Under the pieces are notes generated by a model. That model ran no database searches. It had not been told where the DNA came from and saw only the letters and a program-made list of their open reading frames with translations. 64,000 nt of DNA from Acidobacteriota bacterium (GTDB taxonomy: Bacteria; Acidobacteriota; UBA6911), in NCBI GenBank assembly GCA_963664705.1, contig OY761556.1, positions 2,368,001-2,432,000 on the forward strand, given 5' to 3'. Every line of letters begins with the position of its first letter. Within the stretch, counting starts at the first letter, position 1. A program made the translations under genes and the position numbers. Below are positions 10,250 through 20,589 of this stretch, in pieces.

Positions 10250-11623
10250 CTAAGCTGAAAGTGCATGGGGCTGGGCAGTTTTTGCCTGCCTGTCCTGGAG
10301 TCCAAACTCGTTCAGTTTGTTTCGCAAGGTTCGAAGACTGATTCCCAGGCACCTGGCAGCCTGTGTTCGATTCCCACCCATATCCTCAAGCGTTCGACAA
10401 ATGAGCTGCCGTTCCATTTCCCGCATGGTCACTCCTGCCGAGAGCCCTATCTCCGACGGTTTAGCCGGCGGCTCACAGGTAGAACTGTCCGATATGGGCA
10501 GGAGCAAATCCTGGACTTGGATAATGGATCCGGCACAAAGGGTAGCCGCTCGCTGAATGGTATTCTCCAGCTCTCTGACATTGCCTGGCCAGCAATGCCG
10601 GATCAGCTTATTCAGCCCTTCTCTGCTGATCGCGATTCCGTTCTCGCTTCGATTCCTGCCATAGCGCTTGCAGAACAGATCCACGAGAAGCGGAATATCC
10701 TCCGGCCGTTCCCGCAAAGGAGGAATTGTCAGACGGACAACATTGAGGCGGTAGTATAGGTCTTCGCGGAATGCCCCCGCTTGCACCTGCTGACGGAGAT
10801 CCCGGTTGGTGGTCGCAATGACGCGGACATCGATTTCGACCGGGTCTTTGCCGCCAATGCGATCGACCTCCCTTTCCTGCAGCACGCGCAGGAGCTTTGC
10901 CTGCAGAATCGGCGCCATTTCGCTGATTTCATCCAGAAGCAAGGTCCCATGGTGGGCCAGCTCGAACTTACCAGGTTTGGACATGTTAGCGCCGGTAAAG
11001 GCGCCTTTTTCAAAACCAAACAGCTCGCTTTCGAGCAGACTCTCCGGAAGTGCAGCGCAGTTGACCGCAATGAAGGAATTGGACGATCTCGGGCTTTTTG
11101 AATGGACCATCCGCGCCAGCAATTCCTTGCCGGTCCCGCTCTCAGCTTCAATCAAAATGGTTGCATCGCTTGCGGCAGCCTGCTTCGCCTGCTGCAGCGT
11201 TCGCGAAAATGCCGGGTCCTGGGTGATAATTGTCCTGGACGCCCGCTCATTCTTTTTGCTGGCCGCATTCAGTGTCCTGCGGACAACCGACTCAAGGGAC
11301 TCTGCGGAAAACGGTTTCAACAGATAATCGGAGGCACCGTCCCGCATGGCATCCACAGCGTTCTGAATTGTTCCGTATGCCGTGAGAAGTATCACAGGAG
11401 TCTGTGGAGCCATGTTTTTAACCCTGCGAAGCAGATCGATACCACTTATCTCCGGCATACGCATGTCGGTAATCACAAGCTGGTAGTATTTTTCTTTCAG
11501 CTTGGTCAGCGCCTCCATTCCGCTCCCTGCGGTGGTGACACTGTAGCCGCTGCGACGCAGCGTTTCGTGAATCGCAATGAGCATCTGCGGTTCATCATCG
11601 ACAACCAGCAATTCCTCTTCCAT
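10250..11623 (-). CDS. sigma54-dependent response regulator (FlgR/FlrC-like: REC-AAA+-Fis HTH)
   Basis: REC (DMRMP), AESGTGKE, GAFTGA, WPGNVRELEN, C-terminal HTH; follows the kinase in the flagellar cluster. Confidence 0.9.
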   Translation of the reverse strand: MEEELLVVDDEPQMLIAIHETLRRSGYSVTTAGSGMEALTKLKEKYYQLVITDMRMPEISGIDLLRRVKNMAPQTPVILLTAYGTIQNAVDAMRDGASDYLLKPFSAESLESVVRRTLNAASKKNERASRTIITQDPAFSRTLQQAKQAAASDATILIEAESGTGKELLARMVHSKSPRSSNSFIAVNCAALPESLLESELFGFEKGAFTGANMSKPGKFELAHHGTLLLDEISEMAPILQAKLLRVLQEREVDRIGGKDPVEIDVRVIATTNRDLRQQVQAGAFREDLYYRLNVVRLTIPPLRERPEDIPLLVDLFCKRYGRNRSENGIAISREGLNKLIRHCWPGNVRELENTIQRAATLCAGSIIQVQDLLLPISDSSTCEPPAKPSEIGLSAGVTMREMERQLICRTLEDMGGNRTQAARCLGISLRTLRNKLNEFGLQDRQAKTAQPHALSA

Positions 11624-11626
11624 GCC

Positions 11627-12916
11627 CTATTCCTTTGCCGTTTCATCACCAAATGTGATGGTAAAGGTCGTACCCTGATTGACTCCGCTCGAGACACGGA
11701 TCGTCCCGGCATGCTTCTGGACAATCTGGTGAACCACCGAGAGTCCCAGTCCTGTTCCGTTTTTGTTCGTCGTGAAAAATGGGTCGAAGATCCGGCTCAG
11801 GTTTTCCGCCGGAATGCCGATTCCCGTATCCCGGATCTGCAGTTCCAGAGCACTGCGCCCTTCCGGGGATTTTGCAGGAACATTCCTCGTTGCAATCGTC
11901 AGGGCTCCCTGGGAAGGCATCGCCTTCATCGCATTGAAAATGAGATTGAGCATCAGCTGCTTCAATAGTTCATGATCTCCGGATATCACGGCATGGTCCG
12001 CCGACAGGTTTGTTTCCACCCTGACCTGGCGCTGCTGCATGATGGCTTCGGTAAATTTCAATATTTCCTGAATCACTTCGTGAACGTTGATGTCCGACAG
12101 AAACGGCAGCCCGGGATTCGCGAACTGAAGCATGTTTGACACGATCGTATTCAGCGAACGGATGCCAATTCGTATGTTCTCCGCCCAGCGTTTCATGTCT
12201 CCGGAGAGATCCTTGACGAGAAGCGAAGCGAAGAGCTCAATGCTGCCAAGCGGATTCCGGATCTCATGAGCCAGTTCAACCGCCATTTCACCCATTGCGG
12301 ACAGGCGTTCCACACGTTTTCCCTGTTCCTGCAGCGCCTTCATTTCGGTAACATCGCGCAGAATGTGAAGCGTTCCAAGCTTCGCCCCGTCTTCGTCGGT
12401 CAACGGAGTGCCGGATGTCGCCAGCGTCCGCTCAACGCCTGCCTGAATAAAGGGCACCTCCACCTCCGCACCGTGCGCGCCGGTCTCAATGGAATCGGCA
12501 AGGTACCTGCGCATTTCCGGCTTGAGAAATGGCCGGGAGCGCCGGGCCGATGGTTTGCGGCCATTCTGCTCAAGCAGCTGCAATGCCATTGGATTGCAAA
12601 GCTGCGGCTGTCCCTTCACATCAAGAACCAGAACCCCACATGGAAGTCGCTCCAGAATGGTTCGCAAGTAGCTTTGGGCTGCTTGCTTCTCCTTCAGACT
12701 GGTCTCCAGTTCCGCATTTTTGGCCGCCAGCTCCTCGCTCAGCTTTTGAGCGTGCGCCTGCAACTGAATGAAGGCTGTCTCCAGCGAGCTGGAGGCATTG
12801 GTGAACATTTCAAAAGCCTGCAGCAGCAGTTTCGTCTCGCCCGGTTCCATTGCCTGACAGGCATGGAGGGCCTCCGCTTCAATGTTTCCGGCTATGCTTG
12901 TAATTTCCGTCGCCAT
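11627..12916 (-). CDS. cytoplasmic PAS sensor histidine kinase (FlgS/FlrB-like)
   Basis: LAHEIRNPL H-box, NLIFNA, DTGIGI, FDPFFTT, GTGLGL; no TM segment. Confidence 0.9.
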   Translation of the reverse strand: MATEITSIAGNIEAEALHACQAMEPGETKLLLQAFEMFTNASSSLETAFIQLQAHAQKLSEELAAKNAELETSLKEKQAAQSYLRTILERLPCGVLVLDVKGQPQLCNPMALQLLEQNGRKPSARRSRPFLKPEMRRYLADSIETGAHGAEVEVPFIQAGVERTLATSGTPLTDEDGAKLGTLHILRDVTEMKALQEQGKRVERLSAMGEMAVELAHEIRNPLGSIELFASLLVKDLSGDMKRWAENIRIGIRSLNTIVSNMLQFANPGLPFLSDINVHEVIQEILKFTEAIMQQRQVRVETNLSADHAVISGDHELLKQLMLNLIFNAMKAMPSQGALTIATRNVPAKSPEGRSALELQIRDTGIGIPAENLSRIFDPFFTTNKNGTGLGLSVVHQIVQKHAGTIRVSSGVNQGTTFTITFGDETAKE

Positions 12917-12984
12917 TCAAACTCTCCAGGAATTATTGATTCCCCGCAGTTCTGCACTCGAGGGAATCCCAGACAAGTCCATAG

Positions 12985-12999
12985 GCAATCCCCGTGCCA
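12985..12999 (-). promoter_or_regulatory. sigma54 -24/-12 promoter for the kinase/regulator pair
   Basis: Minus strand TGGCACGGGGATTGC: near-consensus GG-N10-GC. Confidence 0.85.
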
Positions 13000-13192
13000 T
13001 TGGCGGCAGGAAGTTCTGTTTTTTGCGCTATATTATTGATTTATAAATAGATATTCAGGCTTTGGTTTACGTACGACCGGGGAAGACGATTGGAGCCCAA
13101 TGGGCTTAGAGAGTCAATTTGTTGACGTTGATCGAATGGCGGCGTTGACGCCTATCAGGACTGTCCGGAAGAGAACTTCTGCAAACAAGGAA

Positions 13193-13798
13193 TCAGAAAT
13201 CCGATGCCGGCGAGTAGTTCACCGCACCCGGAGAAGGAGATCCACTCCTGCGGGCGTGAAGGCTCAAAAGCTGATCCAGTTTGCCGGTCGCTTCCTTGAG
13301 CTGTCTCTTGATTTCTTCGTAGGATCGCACTATTTCCGAGCGCTCAGACTGAACGCGATTGATCTGCTGGTAAAGTTCCTGCAGCCGCAGCGAAAGGCGT
13401 GCATTCTCTTTCGACAACGTGATTCGCTCGATCATGTTGCGGATTAAAACTCCGATCTCATTGAGCGAAAAAGGTTTAGCGATATAGTTGTAGGCCCCCA
13501 GGCGAATGGATTCTATTGCCGTATCCATGGAGGCATACCCCGTGATAATCGTAACTAGCGACTCCGAACTTCGCGCGTGAGCCGCGCGCAAAACATCCAT
13601 TCCGCTCCCGCCCGGTATTTTGAGATCTGCCAGCACCAAATCATAGGGAATGGCTTCGTTTCTCAGCATAGCCTGTGCTTCACTGGCGCTGGTTGCAGAT
13701 CGGACGATAACGCCCATCTTCGATATGTATTCGGTAAGAGCTGCCCCCAAATCTACATCGTCATCGACGATGAGTACGCTGATATCGGTCGTTGCCAT
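13193..13798 (-). CDS. response regulator: receiver domain plus coiled coil, no recognisable output domain (start revised to ATG 13798)
   Basis: LIVDDD, DLKIP, YIAKPF, then heptad-rich helix. Confidence 0.82.
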   Translation of the reverse strand: MATTDISVLIVDDDVDLGAALTEYISKMGVIVRSATSASEAQAMLRNEAIPYDLVLADLKIPGGSGMDVLRAAHARSSESLVTIITGYASMDTAIESIRLGAYNYIAKPFSLNEIGVLIRNMIERITLSKENARLSLRLQELYQQINRVQSERSEIVRSYEEIKRQLKEATGKLDQLLSLHARRSGSPSPGAVNYSPASDF

Positions 13799-13871
13799 GT
13801 AGCACCATATCGGCATGGATAAGATTCGGAATAGCTCTCCTTTCGGATAAACATGATTCTTTTGAGAACAT

Positions 13872-13887
13872 TGTGACCATAGTCACG
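13872..13887. promoter_or_regulatory. CRP/FNR-family type palindrome between divergent regulators
   Basis: TGTGA-CCATAG-TCACG, 9/10 match to TGTGA-N6-TCACA; TTGACA at 13906-13911. Confidence 0.55.
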
Positions 13888-13999
13888 AAATAACACGTAT
13901 TTTTGTTGACAAATGTGAATTATGTGAGATATATAAAATACATCAACAAGCTGAATTCTATTACAAGCGCAGTGAACTCATTCCTTGGGAATAGGGACT

Positions 14000-15412
14000 A
14001 TGGAACAAAAACAGGACATCAGGATCCTCGTGGTAGATGATGAAGACTATATGCGCGAAGTCGTCCGGGAGGCTCTTGAAAACGCTGGTTTCCATGTGGA
14101 CGAGGCGGCGGATGGCAAGATTGCCGTTTCCATGCTTCGCAAATTCCCTTATAACGTCATCATTACCGACCTGCGACTTCCGGGACTGACCGGGGAAACG
14201 ATTCTTGAGGAAGCTCTTGCCCTGTTCCCGGAAACGATCGTTATTCTGATGACCGGCTATGGAAACATCCAGTCGGCTGTGGAAGCGATCCGAAAAGGGG
14301 CCTATGACTATCTGCCCAAACCCTTCCAGCTCGATGAACTGGTAATGCGGGTTGAAAAGGGCCTGCAGGAGCATCAACTGAAATCCGAAAACCGTATGCT
14401 CCGAGGAGAATTGCAGGACAAATACCGCTTTTCCAATCTGGTGGGCAACAGCTCCGCCATGCAGAATATTTATCGGCTGGTCGGCCAGATTGCGCAGAAG
14501 AACAGCACCGTCCTGATTGAAGGAGAAACAGGCACCGGCAAGGAACTCATTGCCCGCGCCATTCACTACAACGGGCCGAGAAAAGACCAGCCGCTGGTAT
14601 CGGTGAACTGCGGGGCTATTCCGGGAAACCTCCTGGAAGATGAACTGTTCGGCCATGTCAAAGGGGCATTCACCAACGCGCATCAGCACAGAATCGGCAG
14701 GTTTGAGCAGGCAAATCACGGCACGCTGTTCCTGGATGAAGTATCGACCATGCCGATGGATTTGCAGGTGAAGCTGCTCCGTGTTCTACAGGAACGGGAG
14801 TTCGAACGGGTCGGCAGCACGACTACCGTTAAGGTGGACGTTCGGATTGTGGCGGCCACAAACGGAAACCTGCTCGAGGCGGTGGAAAAAGGGGAGTTCC
14901 GCGGCGATCTGTATTATCGGCTGAATGTCATCCCCATTCGCGTCCCGCCAATGAGGCAGCGGCGTGACGATGTCCCCCTGCTGGTCGCACATTTCACCAA
15001 GAAATACTGTATGGACCAAAAGGTACCGCTCAAGAGAGTCTCGCATGAAGCCATCAAGTACCTCATGGCGTATGAATGGCCCGGAAATGTACGACAGCTG
15101 GAAAACGCCGTTGAAATGGCGGTCGCTCTTTCAGGCGACCGGGATCTGCTGGATCTGGAGGATTTTCCGGTGGTCGCCCATCAGTCTGCCGCAGCCGCCG
15201 TTCTCCAATCCATCGAAATTCCGGACGACGGAATCAACTTCAATACCATGGTTTCAGACCTGGAAAAGCGCCTCATTCTCCAAAGTCTGGAGACGGCCGG
15301 CGGCAACAAGAAGAAAGCCGCTTCCCTTCTCCACCTGAAGCGAACCACCTTTGTCGAAAAACTCCGTCGAATGGGGATAGATTCCTCCGCGGATGACATG
15401 ATGGATATGTAA
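14000..15412 (+). CDS. sigma54-dependent NtrC-family activator, candidate flagellar master regulator (start ATG 14000)
   Basis: REC (DLRLP), GETGTGKE, GAFTNA, WPGNVRQLEN, HTH LHLKRTTFVEKL. Confidence 0.9.
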   Translation: MEQKQDIRILVVDDEDYMREVVREALENAGFHVDEAADGKIAVSMLRKFPYNVIITDLRLPGLTGETILEEALALFPETIVILMTGYGNIQSAVEAIRKGAYDYLPKPFQLDELVMRVEKGLQEHQLKSENRMLRGELQDKYRFSNLVGNSSAMQNIYRLVGQIAQKNSTVLIEGETGTGKELIARAIHYNGPRKDQPLVSVNCGAIPGNLLEDELFGHVKGAFTNAHQHRIGRFEQANHGTLFLDEVSTMPMDLQVKLLRVLQEREFERVGSTTTVKVDVRIVAATNGNLLEAVEKGEFRGDLYYRLNVIPIRVPPMRQRRDDVPLLVAHFTKKYCMDQKVPLKRVSHEAIKYLMAYEWPGNVRQLENAVEMAVALSGDRDLLDLEDFPVVAHQSAAAAVLQSIEIPDDGINFNTMVSDLEKRLILQSLETAGGNKKKAASLLHLKRTTFVEKLRRMGIDSSADDMMDM

Positions 15413-15646
15413 AATCGGCCCGCAATCGTGTCCGCAAATCGGCGGATTGCGCGATCCGATCCTCTCGTCCCGTTCACAGCTGCATTTACAGGCTGCGGCT
15501 CGCGCCGGAAAGCAATCCCGGATTCTACGGGTTTACCCCGCTCTCCATTCGGCCCGCCCAAAAGCCTGCATAATGCTCCCAACCAACGAATTCAGTTGTC
15601 CGGCCTTCGCCAATCTGCGAAAATCGGCCGTTTCAAGGAGGTAACC

Positions 15647-17032
15647 TTGTCCAGGAAAAAGCTGTGGGGTGGACGCTTTGCATCAGAGGAAGACCCGCTT
15701 TTCGCGGAGTTTAACGATTCCCTTCCATTCGACCAGGTTTTGCTGGAAGCAGACATCGTGGGAAGCCTTGCCTATGCCAGAGCCCTCGAGCGTGCCGGTG
15801 TTTTTACACGCAAAGAGAGATCAGCGGTAGAAAGAGGATTGAAACAGATCCTTGAAGAACACAAACAGGATCCAAAGGCCGTTGCCTCCAGCCAGGCAGA
15901 AGACGTTCATAGCTATGTCGAGGAAGCTCTCGGCAAAAAAGTGGGAGCGCTTGCCCTGAAACTGCATACCGGGCGAAGCCGCAATGACCAGGTAGCCACG
16001 GACCTCCGGCTCTATCTGAAACAGAAGGAAAATAACCTAGAGAGACAGATTAATGATTTATTGGAAACTATCGCTAATAAAGCAATAATAAACGATTCGA
16101 TAATCATGCCTGGGTATACGCATCTACAGCGGGCTCAACCGGTTCTCTTTGCCCATTTTCTACTGGCTTACGCAGAGATGTTCCTGCGGGACCGGCAAAG
16201 GCTGCGGGATGCGGCCGCGCGCACGAATATCTGTCCGCTGGGATCGGGAGCGCTGTCTGGAACCGTTTATTCCATTGATCGGGATGCCCTGGCGAAGGAT
16301 CTGGGTTTTGCCGCGGCCTCTCAGAATTCGATGGATGGGGTAGCGGACCGCGATTTCGTTCTCGATTTTCATTTCTTTGCCAGTACCCTCCTGATGCACC
16401 TGAGCAGGCTGGCCGAAGATCTGATTCTTTACAATTCCTCGGAATTCGGATTTGTTCAAATGGATGACAGCGTTTCTTCCGGCAGCAGTCTCATGCCTCA
16501 GAAGAAAAACCCGGATGCTCTGGAACTCATTCGGGGAAAGACGGGGCGCGTTTACGGCAACATGGTTTCCCTGCTTACCATCCTGAAGGGCCTGCCGATG
16601 ACCTACAACAAGGATCTGCAGGAAGACAAGGAATCTCTTTTCGATTCAGTCCGAGCCGTCGAGCAATCCGTGCGGATGATGCAGCGGATCATTGAGACGA
16701 TGCGAATCCAGCCGGAGCGCATGCTGGAATCGACAAAAAAGGGGTATTTGAATGCCACCGAACTCGCGGACTACCTGGTGGCCAAGGGGATGCCATTCCG
16801 CGAAGCACATCACCTGATCGGCCGCATTGTGATGCGCGCATCGGAGATCGGCGTTGCTTTGGAAGATATGCCGGTTCGCGAGTACCAGACCTTCACACCG
16901 CTCTTCAATGAGGATCTCTATGACTGCCTAAGTCTTAAGGGCATTGTCGCCCGAAGGAAAGAGCGCGGGGGGACGTCACCGGCGAGCGTGCGGGAATCGG
17001 TTCGGCTGTTGAGAAAGCGTATCCTGACTTAA
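15647..17032 (+). CDS. argH: argininosuccinate lyase (start revised to TTG 15647)
   Basis: KLWGGRF, HTGRSRNDQ, PGYTHLQRAQP, GSSLMPQKKNPD; AGGAGG RBS. Confidence 0.96.
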   Translation: MSRKKLWGGRFASEEDPLFAEFNDSLPFDQVLLEADIVGSLAYARALERAGVFTRKERSAVERGLKQILEEHKQDPKAVASSQAEDVHSYVEEALGKKVGALALKLHTGRSRNDQVATDLRLYLKQKENNLERQINDLLETIANKAIINDSIIMPGYTHLQRAQPVLFAHFLLAYAEMFLRDRQRLRDAAARTNICPLGSGALSGTVYSIDRDALAKDLGFAAASQNSMDGVADRDFVLDFHFFASTLLMHLSRLAEDLILYNSSEFGFVQMDDSVSSGSSLMPQKKNPDALELIRGKTGRVYGNMVSLLTILKGLPMTYNKDLQEDKESLFDSVRAVEQSVRMMQRIIETMRIQPERMLESTKKGYLNATELADYLVAKGMPFREAHHLIGRIVMRASEIGVALEDMPVREYQTFTPLFNEDLYDCLSLKGIVARRKERGGTSPASVRESVRLLRKRILT

Positions 17033-17070
17033 CCGGGAGCCTCCCGGCTCCTGTCTCAGTTCTTGTATTA

Positions 17071-18999
17071 TCAATCTTCCAGATAGGTGTAGCTGTCGAG
17101 CGCATTCTGATACGACTCGGTAAAGGCTTCCCTATCTTCCGCGCTGATTTTTGACTGGGCTTCCGCATTTTGACCGATGCGGCGAAAGCTCTCCACGAGT
17201 TCCTGCGGCGAATATCCCACCGAGGCCAGAACCTGTCCCAGTGATTCGCCTCGAATCACTCTATCGATGTGCGGACGGCCGGCATCATCGACCAGAAAAT
17301 GGGCTTCGTTCGCCGAGCCAAGCAGGTTATGGTTCATTCCCAGCGATTCCTGATATGCACCCACGAGGAAAATGGCCAGGTAGTAAGGATCGGAATTCAC
17401 GCCATGCAGTTCAAGCGCCTGCTTAACATCCCGCAGGTCGACAAATTTATCAATCTGCCCATCGGAATCGCAGGTTATGTCGCAAAGCGTGCCCCGTTCG
17501 GTCGGTTCTTCTGTCAGCCTGGTTATGGGAATGATGGGGAAAAGCTGATCAAGCGCCCAACTATCCGGAGTCGACTGAAAAACAGAGAAATTGCAGATAT
17601 ATTTGCTTGCCAGGATATTTTCCAGGTCAATGAATTCCTCGGGGCGCTCCTTCATGGATCGGGAAAATTTGATGGCCTTGCGGCAAATCTCCCAGAAGAG
17701 CCACTCTCCGTGCGCTCGGTTCTGCAGATTCAGATAGCCGAGATTAAACAGGGACTGTAATTCCTCCCGGTGTTGCAGCGCATCGTGGTAATACTCGCGG
17801 AAATTCTTCGGATTGACATCCTTATACATATCCATCATTTCCCGAACAACTTCGGAGTCGACCTTCGAGGGGTCAATTTCCGATCCGCCTAGCCCGGGAT
17901 TCAGGGTACGGATGACATTGGTGATGCAGACCGCGTGGTGCGCAGCCAGGGCTCGTCCGCTTTCAGTCACAATTGTTGGAGGCGGCACATTTTCGGACTG
18001 GCAGATTTCATTGATGGTGTAGACGATGTCGTTGGCAAATTCCTGCATGCTGTAATTGACGCTGCAATCCGAAGCCGTCCGGCTCCCATCGTAATCGACG
18101 CCGAGGCCGCCGCCGACATTCAAAAACTCCGTCGGAAATCCCATCTTGTGCACTTTGGCGTAGACTCTGGCCGCCTCTTTGATGGCATTCTTGACGCGGC
18201 GGATATCGGTAATCTGCGAACCGATGTGAAAGTGGAGCATCTTGATCTGCCGTGTCACTTCCTGATCCGCGGCCAGTTTCAGAAGATCCAACAACTGAAT
18301 GGTATTGATGCCGAACTTTGAGGTCTCGCCGCCGGACTCCTCCCACTTCCCTGCCCCGCGGGAAAAAACACGTACGCGCACACCGAGCGAGGGATGAATG
18401 TTGAGGGCGGTCGATACCTCCGCAATTTTCTTAAGGTCCGAAACCTCCTCCATCACAATAATGGGGTTCTTCCCAATCTTTGTGGAAAGCATGGCCCATT
18501 CAAGAAACCGCCGGTCTTTGACGCCATTGCAGATCAGCAACGCATTCGGGTGGATGGGGAGCGTGAGTGCCGCGGCCAATTCGGCTTTGGTCCCTACTTC
18601 CAGACCATATTCGTAACGGTGTCCCGCTGCCAGGAGACGTTCAACGACGCTGCGTTTCTGGTTCACCTTCATCGGGTATACACCCCGATGACGCGCGCCG
18701 TAGTTGTATTCGGCAATGGAATTTCGGAAAGCCTCGTGCAGTTCCTTTATCTGGGTATCGAGAATCTGCGGGAAGCGCAGAAGAAAAGGGGGCTTGACAC
18801 GACGCTGCAACAGCGTCTGCACGAGAGAAATGACTTCGACTCCCATGAGGGGGTTGCGCGTCGGGTGAACCGTGAGGCAACCCTGTTCGCTGACTCCAAA
18901 GTATCCCCCACCCCAATTATCTACGCCGTAAATGCGATTCGGGATTTCGCTGGGTGACAGGCGAAGGCTTTGCGTAAATTCCTTCATCGGTTCGGACAC
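17071..18999 (-). CDS. speA: biosynthetic arginine decarboxylase
   Basis: VYPMKVNQ PLP lysine, LHFHIGSQI, GGGLGVDYDG, DITCDSDG. Confidence 0.95.
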   Translation of the reverse strand: MSEPMKEFTQSLRLSPSEIPNRIYGVDNWGGGYFGVSEQGCLTVHPTRNPLMGVEVISLVQTLLQRRVKPPFLLRFPQILDTQIKELHEAFRNSIAEYNYGARHRGVYPMKVNQKRSVVERLLAAGHRYEYGLEVGTKAELAAALTLPIHPNALLICNGVKDRRFLEWAMLSTKIGKNPIIVMEEVSDLKKIAEVSTALNIHPSLGVRVRVFSRGAGKWEESGGETSKFGINTIQLLDLLKLAADQEVTRQIKMLHFHIGSQITDIRRVKNAIKEAARVYAKVHKMGFPTEFLNVGGGLGVDYDGSRTASDCSVNYSMQEFANDIVYTINEICQSENVPPPTIVTESGRALAAHHAVCITNVIRTLNPGLGGSEIDPSKVDSEVVREMMDMYKDVNPKNFREYYHDALQHREELQSLFNLGYLNLQNRAHGEWLFWEICRKAIKFSRSMKERPEEFIDLENILASKYICNFSVFQSTPDSWALDQLFPIIPITRLTEEPTERGTLCDITCDSDGQIDKFVDLRDVKQALELHGVNSDPYYLAIFLVGAYQESLGMNHNLLGSANEAHFLVDDAGRPHIDRVIRGESLGQVLASVGYSPQELVESFRRIGQNAEAQSKISAEDREAFTESYQNALDSYTYLED

Positions 19000-19081
19000 C
19001 TCTCAGCATGGGCAGAATATCAAATTACCAGACACGAATTTTCAAGGCAATAATGGATTCGCTCTGATCGCACCGTGCCGA

Positions 19082-19648
19082 TCAGGATTTGACGCGCTCC
19101 ATGTACTTGCCTTCGCTCGTGTCGACCCTGATCAATTCCCCTTCATTGACGAAGGGAGGCACCTGAATCACAAGCCCGGTTTCAAGCGTCGCAGGCTTGT
19201 TCACGTTGCTGACCGTGGCGCCGCGGAGCGCCGGCTCTGTGGAAACGACCCGCAATTCAACCGAGGCAGGCATATCAACTCCGATCGGCTTTCCCTCGTA
19301 CATTTCGATCTGCAGTTTGATATTCGGCATCATGAAGGGAATGGCATCTTCGAGAAGATCCGAGGGCAGATGAAACTGTTCAAAGGACTCGGTGTTCATA
19401 AAATAGTAATCCGAGCCATCGGAATAAAGGTATTCCACTTCGTGTGTTTCAAGATAGGCCTGGTCCACTCGATCTTCTGAACGGAACCGGTGTTCAATAA
19501 TCGACCCCGATTTCACCGACTTCAGCTTGGTTTGAACCATGCCGCGCCAGTTGCCTGGCGTGATGTGCTGAAATGAGAACACACGATACAGTTCGTTGTT
19601 CAGTTTGATAGTCATGCCACGCTTAATTTGAGTCGCCGCGATCATCAT
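19082..19648 (-). CDS. efp: translation elongation factor P
   Basis: KPATLETGLVIQVPPFVNEGELIRVDT C-terminus; loop sequence PGNWRG. Confidence 0.95.
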   Translation of the reverse strand: MMIAATQIKRGMTIKLNNELYRVFSFQHITPGNWRGMVQTKLKSVKSGSIIEHRFRSEDRVDQAYLETHEVEYLYSDGSDYYFMNTESFEQFHLPSDLLEDAIPFMMPNIKLQIEMYEGKPIGVDMPASVELRVVSTEPALRGATVSNVNKPATLETGLVIQVPPFVNEGELIRVDTSEGKYMERVKS

Positions 19649-19715
19649 GCTGAAAACCCCATTTTGAATGCGTCATATTACTCGAACCCCGTCCCGCTTA
19701 CAAGACCGGCAGGGT

Positions 19716-20381
19716 TCATTTGACCAATTTTTCCGATTCACCGGTGGCAATCTCATCCGACGTCCGCCTGCGTTGCCTCATGGCCTCGATAACCGCCGGC
19801 AGCAGTGACAGCACAACGATTACGGCAATAACGATATGGATATGTTTATCAACGTCCGGGATTGTTGAGCCCAGAAAATAGCCCAGCAATGTCATGCTCC
19901 AGACCCAGAGAAAGCCGCCAAAGATATCATAGGAAAGGAAGCGCCGATAGTCCATACGCCCGATTCCGGCAACGGGAGAAGCAAAGGTTCGAATGATCGG
20001 GACAAACCGGGCCAGAACCACGGTCTTTCCGCCATACCTGGAATAAAAATCGTGCGCCCTTTCCAAATGCTTCTTCTTGAACAACAGAGAGTCATTTCTT
20101 TTGTACAGAGCCGCACCCGCCCTGCGCCCGATCCAATAGCCCAGCTGATCTCCGGCAACGGCGCAAAGCCAGACCAGAGACAGCAGCCAACCCAGGTGCA
20201 GATGCCCGGCGGCGGCAAAGACTCCCGCGGTGACCAGGAGCGAATCCCCAGGAAGAAAGAAGCCGACGAAAAGCCCTGTTTCGACAAACACAATGCCGCA
20301 TACCAGCAGCATCCCGCCCCACTGGATCAGCCCCTTGATATCCGTCAGGAGATGGTAAGCATTGTTCAGCAACTCGAGCAT
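19716..20381 (-). CDS. DedA/VTT family membrane protein
   Basis: FVETGLFVGFFLPGDSLL, ARFVPIIRTF. Confidence 0.93.
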   Translation of the reverse strand: MLELLNNAYHLLTDIKGLIQWGGMLLVCGIVFVETGLFVGFFLPGDSLLVTAGVFAAAGHLHLGWLLSLVWLCAVAGDQLGYWIGRRAGAALYKRNDSLLFKKKHLERAHDFYSRYGGKTVVLARFVPIIRTFASPVAGIGRMDYRRFLSYDIFGGFLWVWSMTLLGYFLGSTIPDVDKHIHIVIAVIVVLSLLPAVIEAMRQRRRTSDEIATGESEKLVK

Positions 20382-20589
20382 TCAGGACTCCTTTATCGCC
20401 GGGTTCCGCGAGATTAACCGACTGATCGAGCCAGACCGAAAGGTTATCGAAGTATCATCCATCGGCTCACAAGCATCGATACATGCGTCCCGGGTTTACA
20501 CACCCCGGATCCTTCTTATCGGCGCGTTCGGTCACCGTCGATTCCAATAAATGGAAGATCTGGAGCTTCTCTTGGACGGGAGGAATTCG

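Noticed and set aside
15428-15646. 73-aa N-terminal extension of ArgH
   Set aside because: The AGGAGG RBS and KLWGGRF motif indicate a TTG start at 15647.
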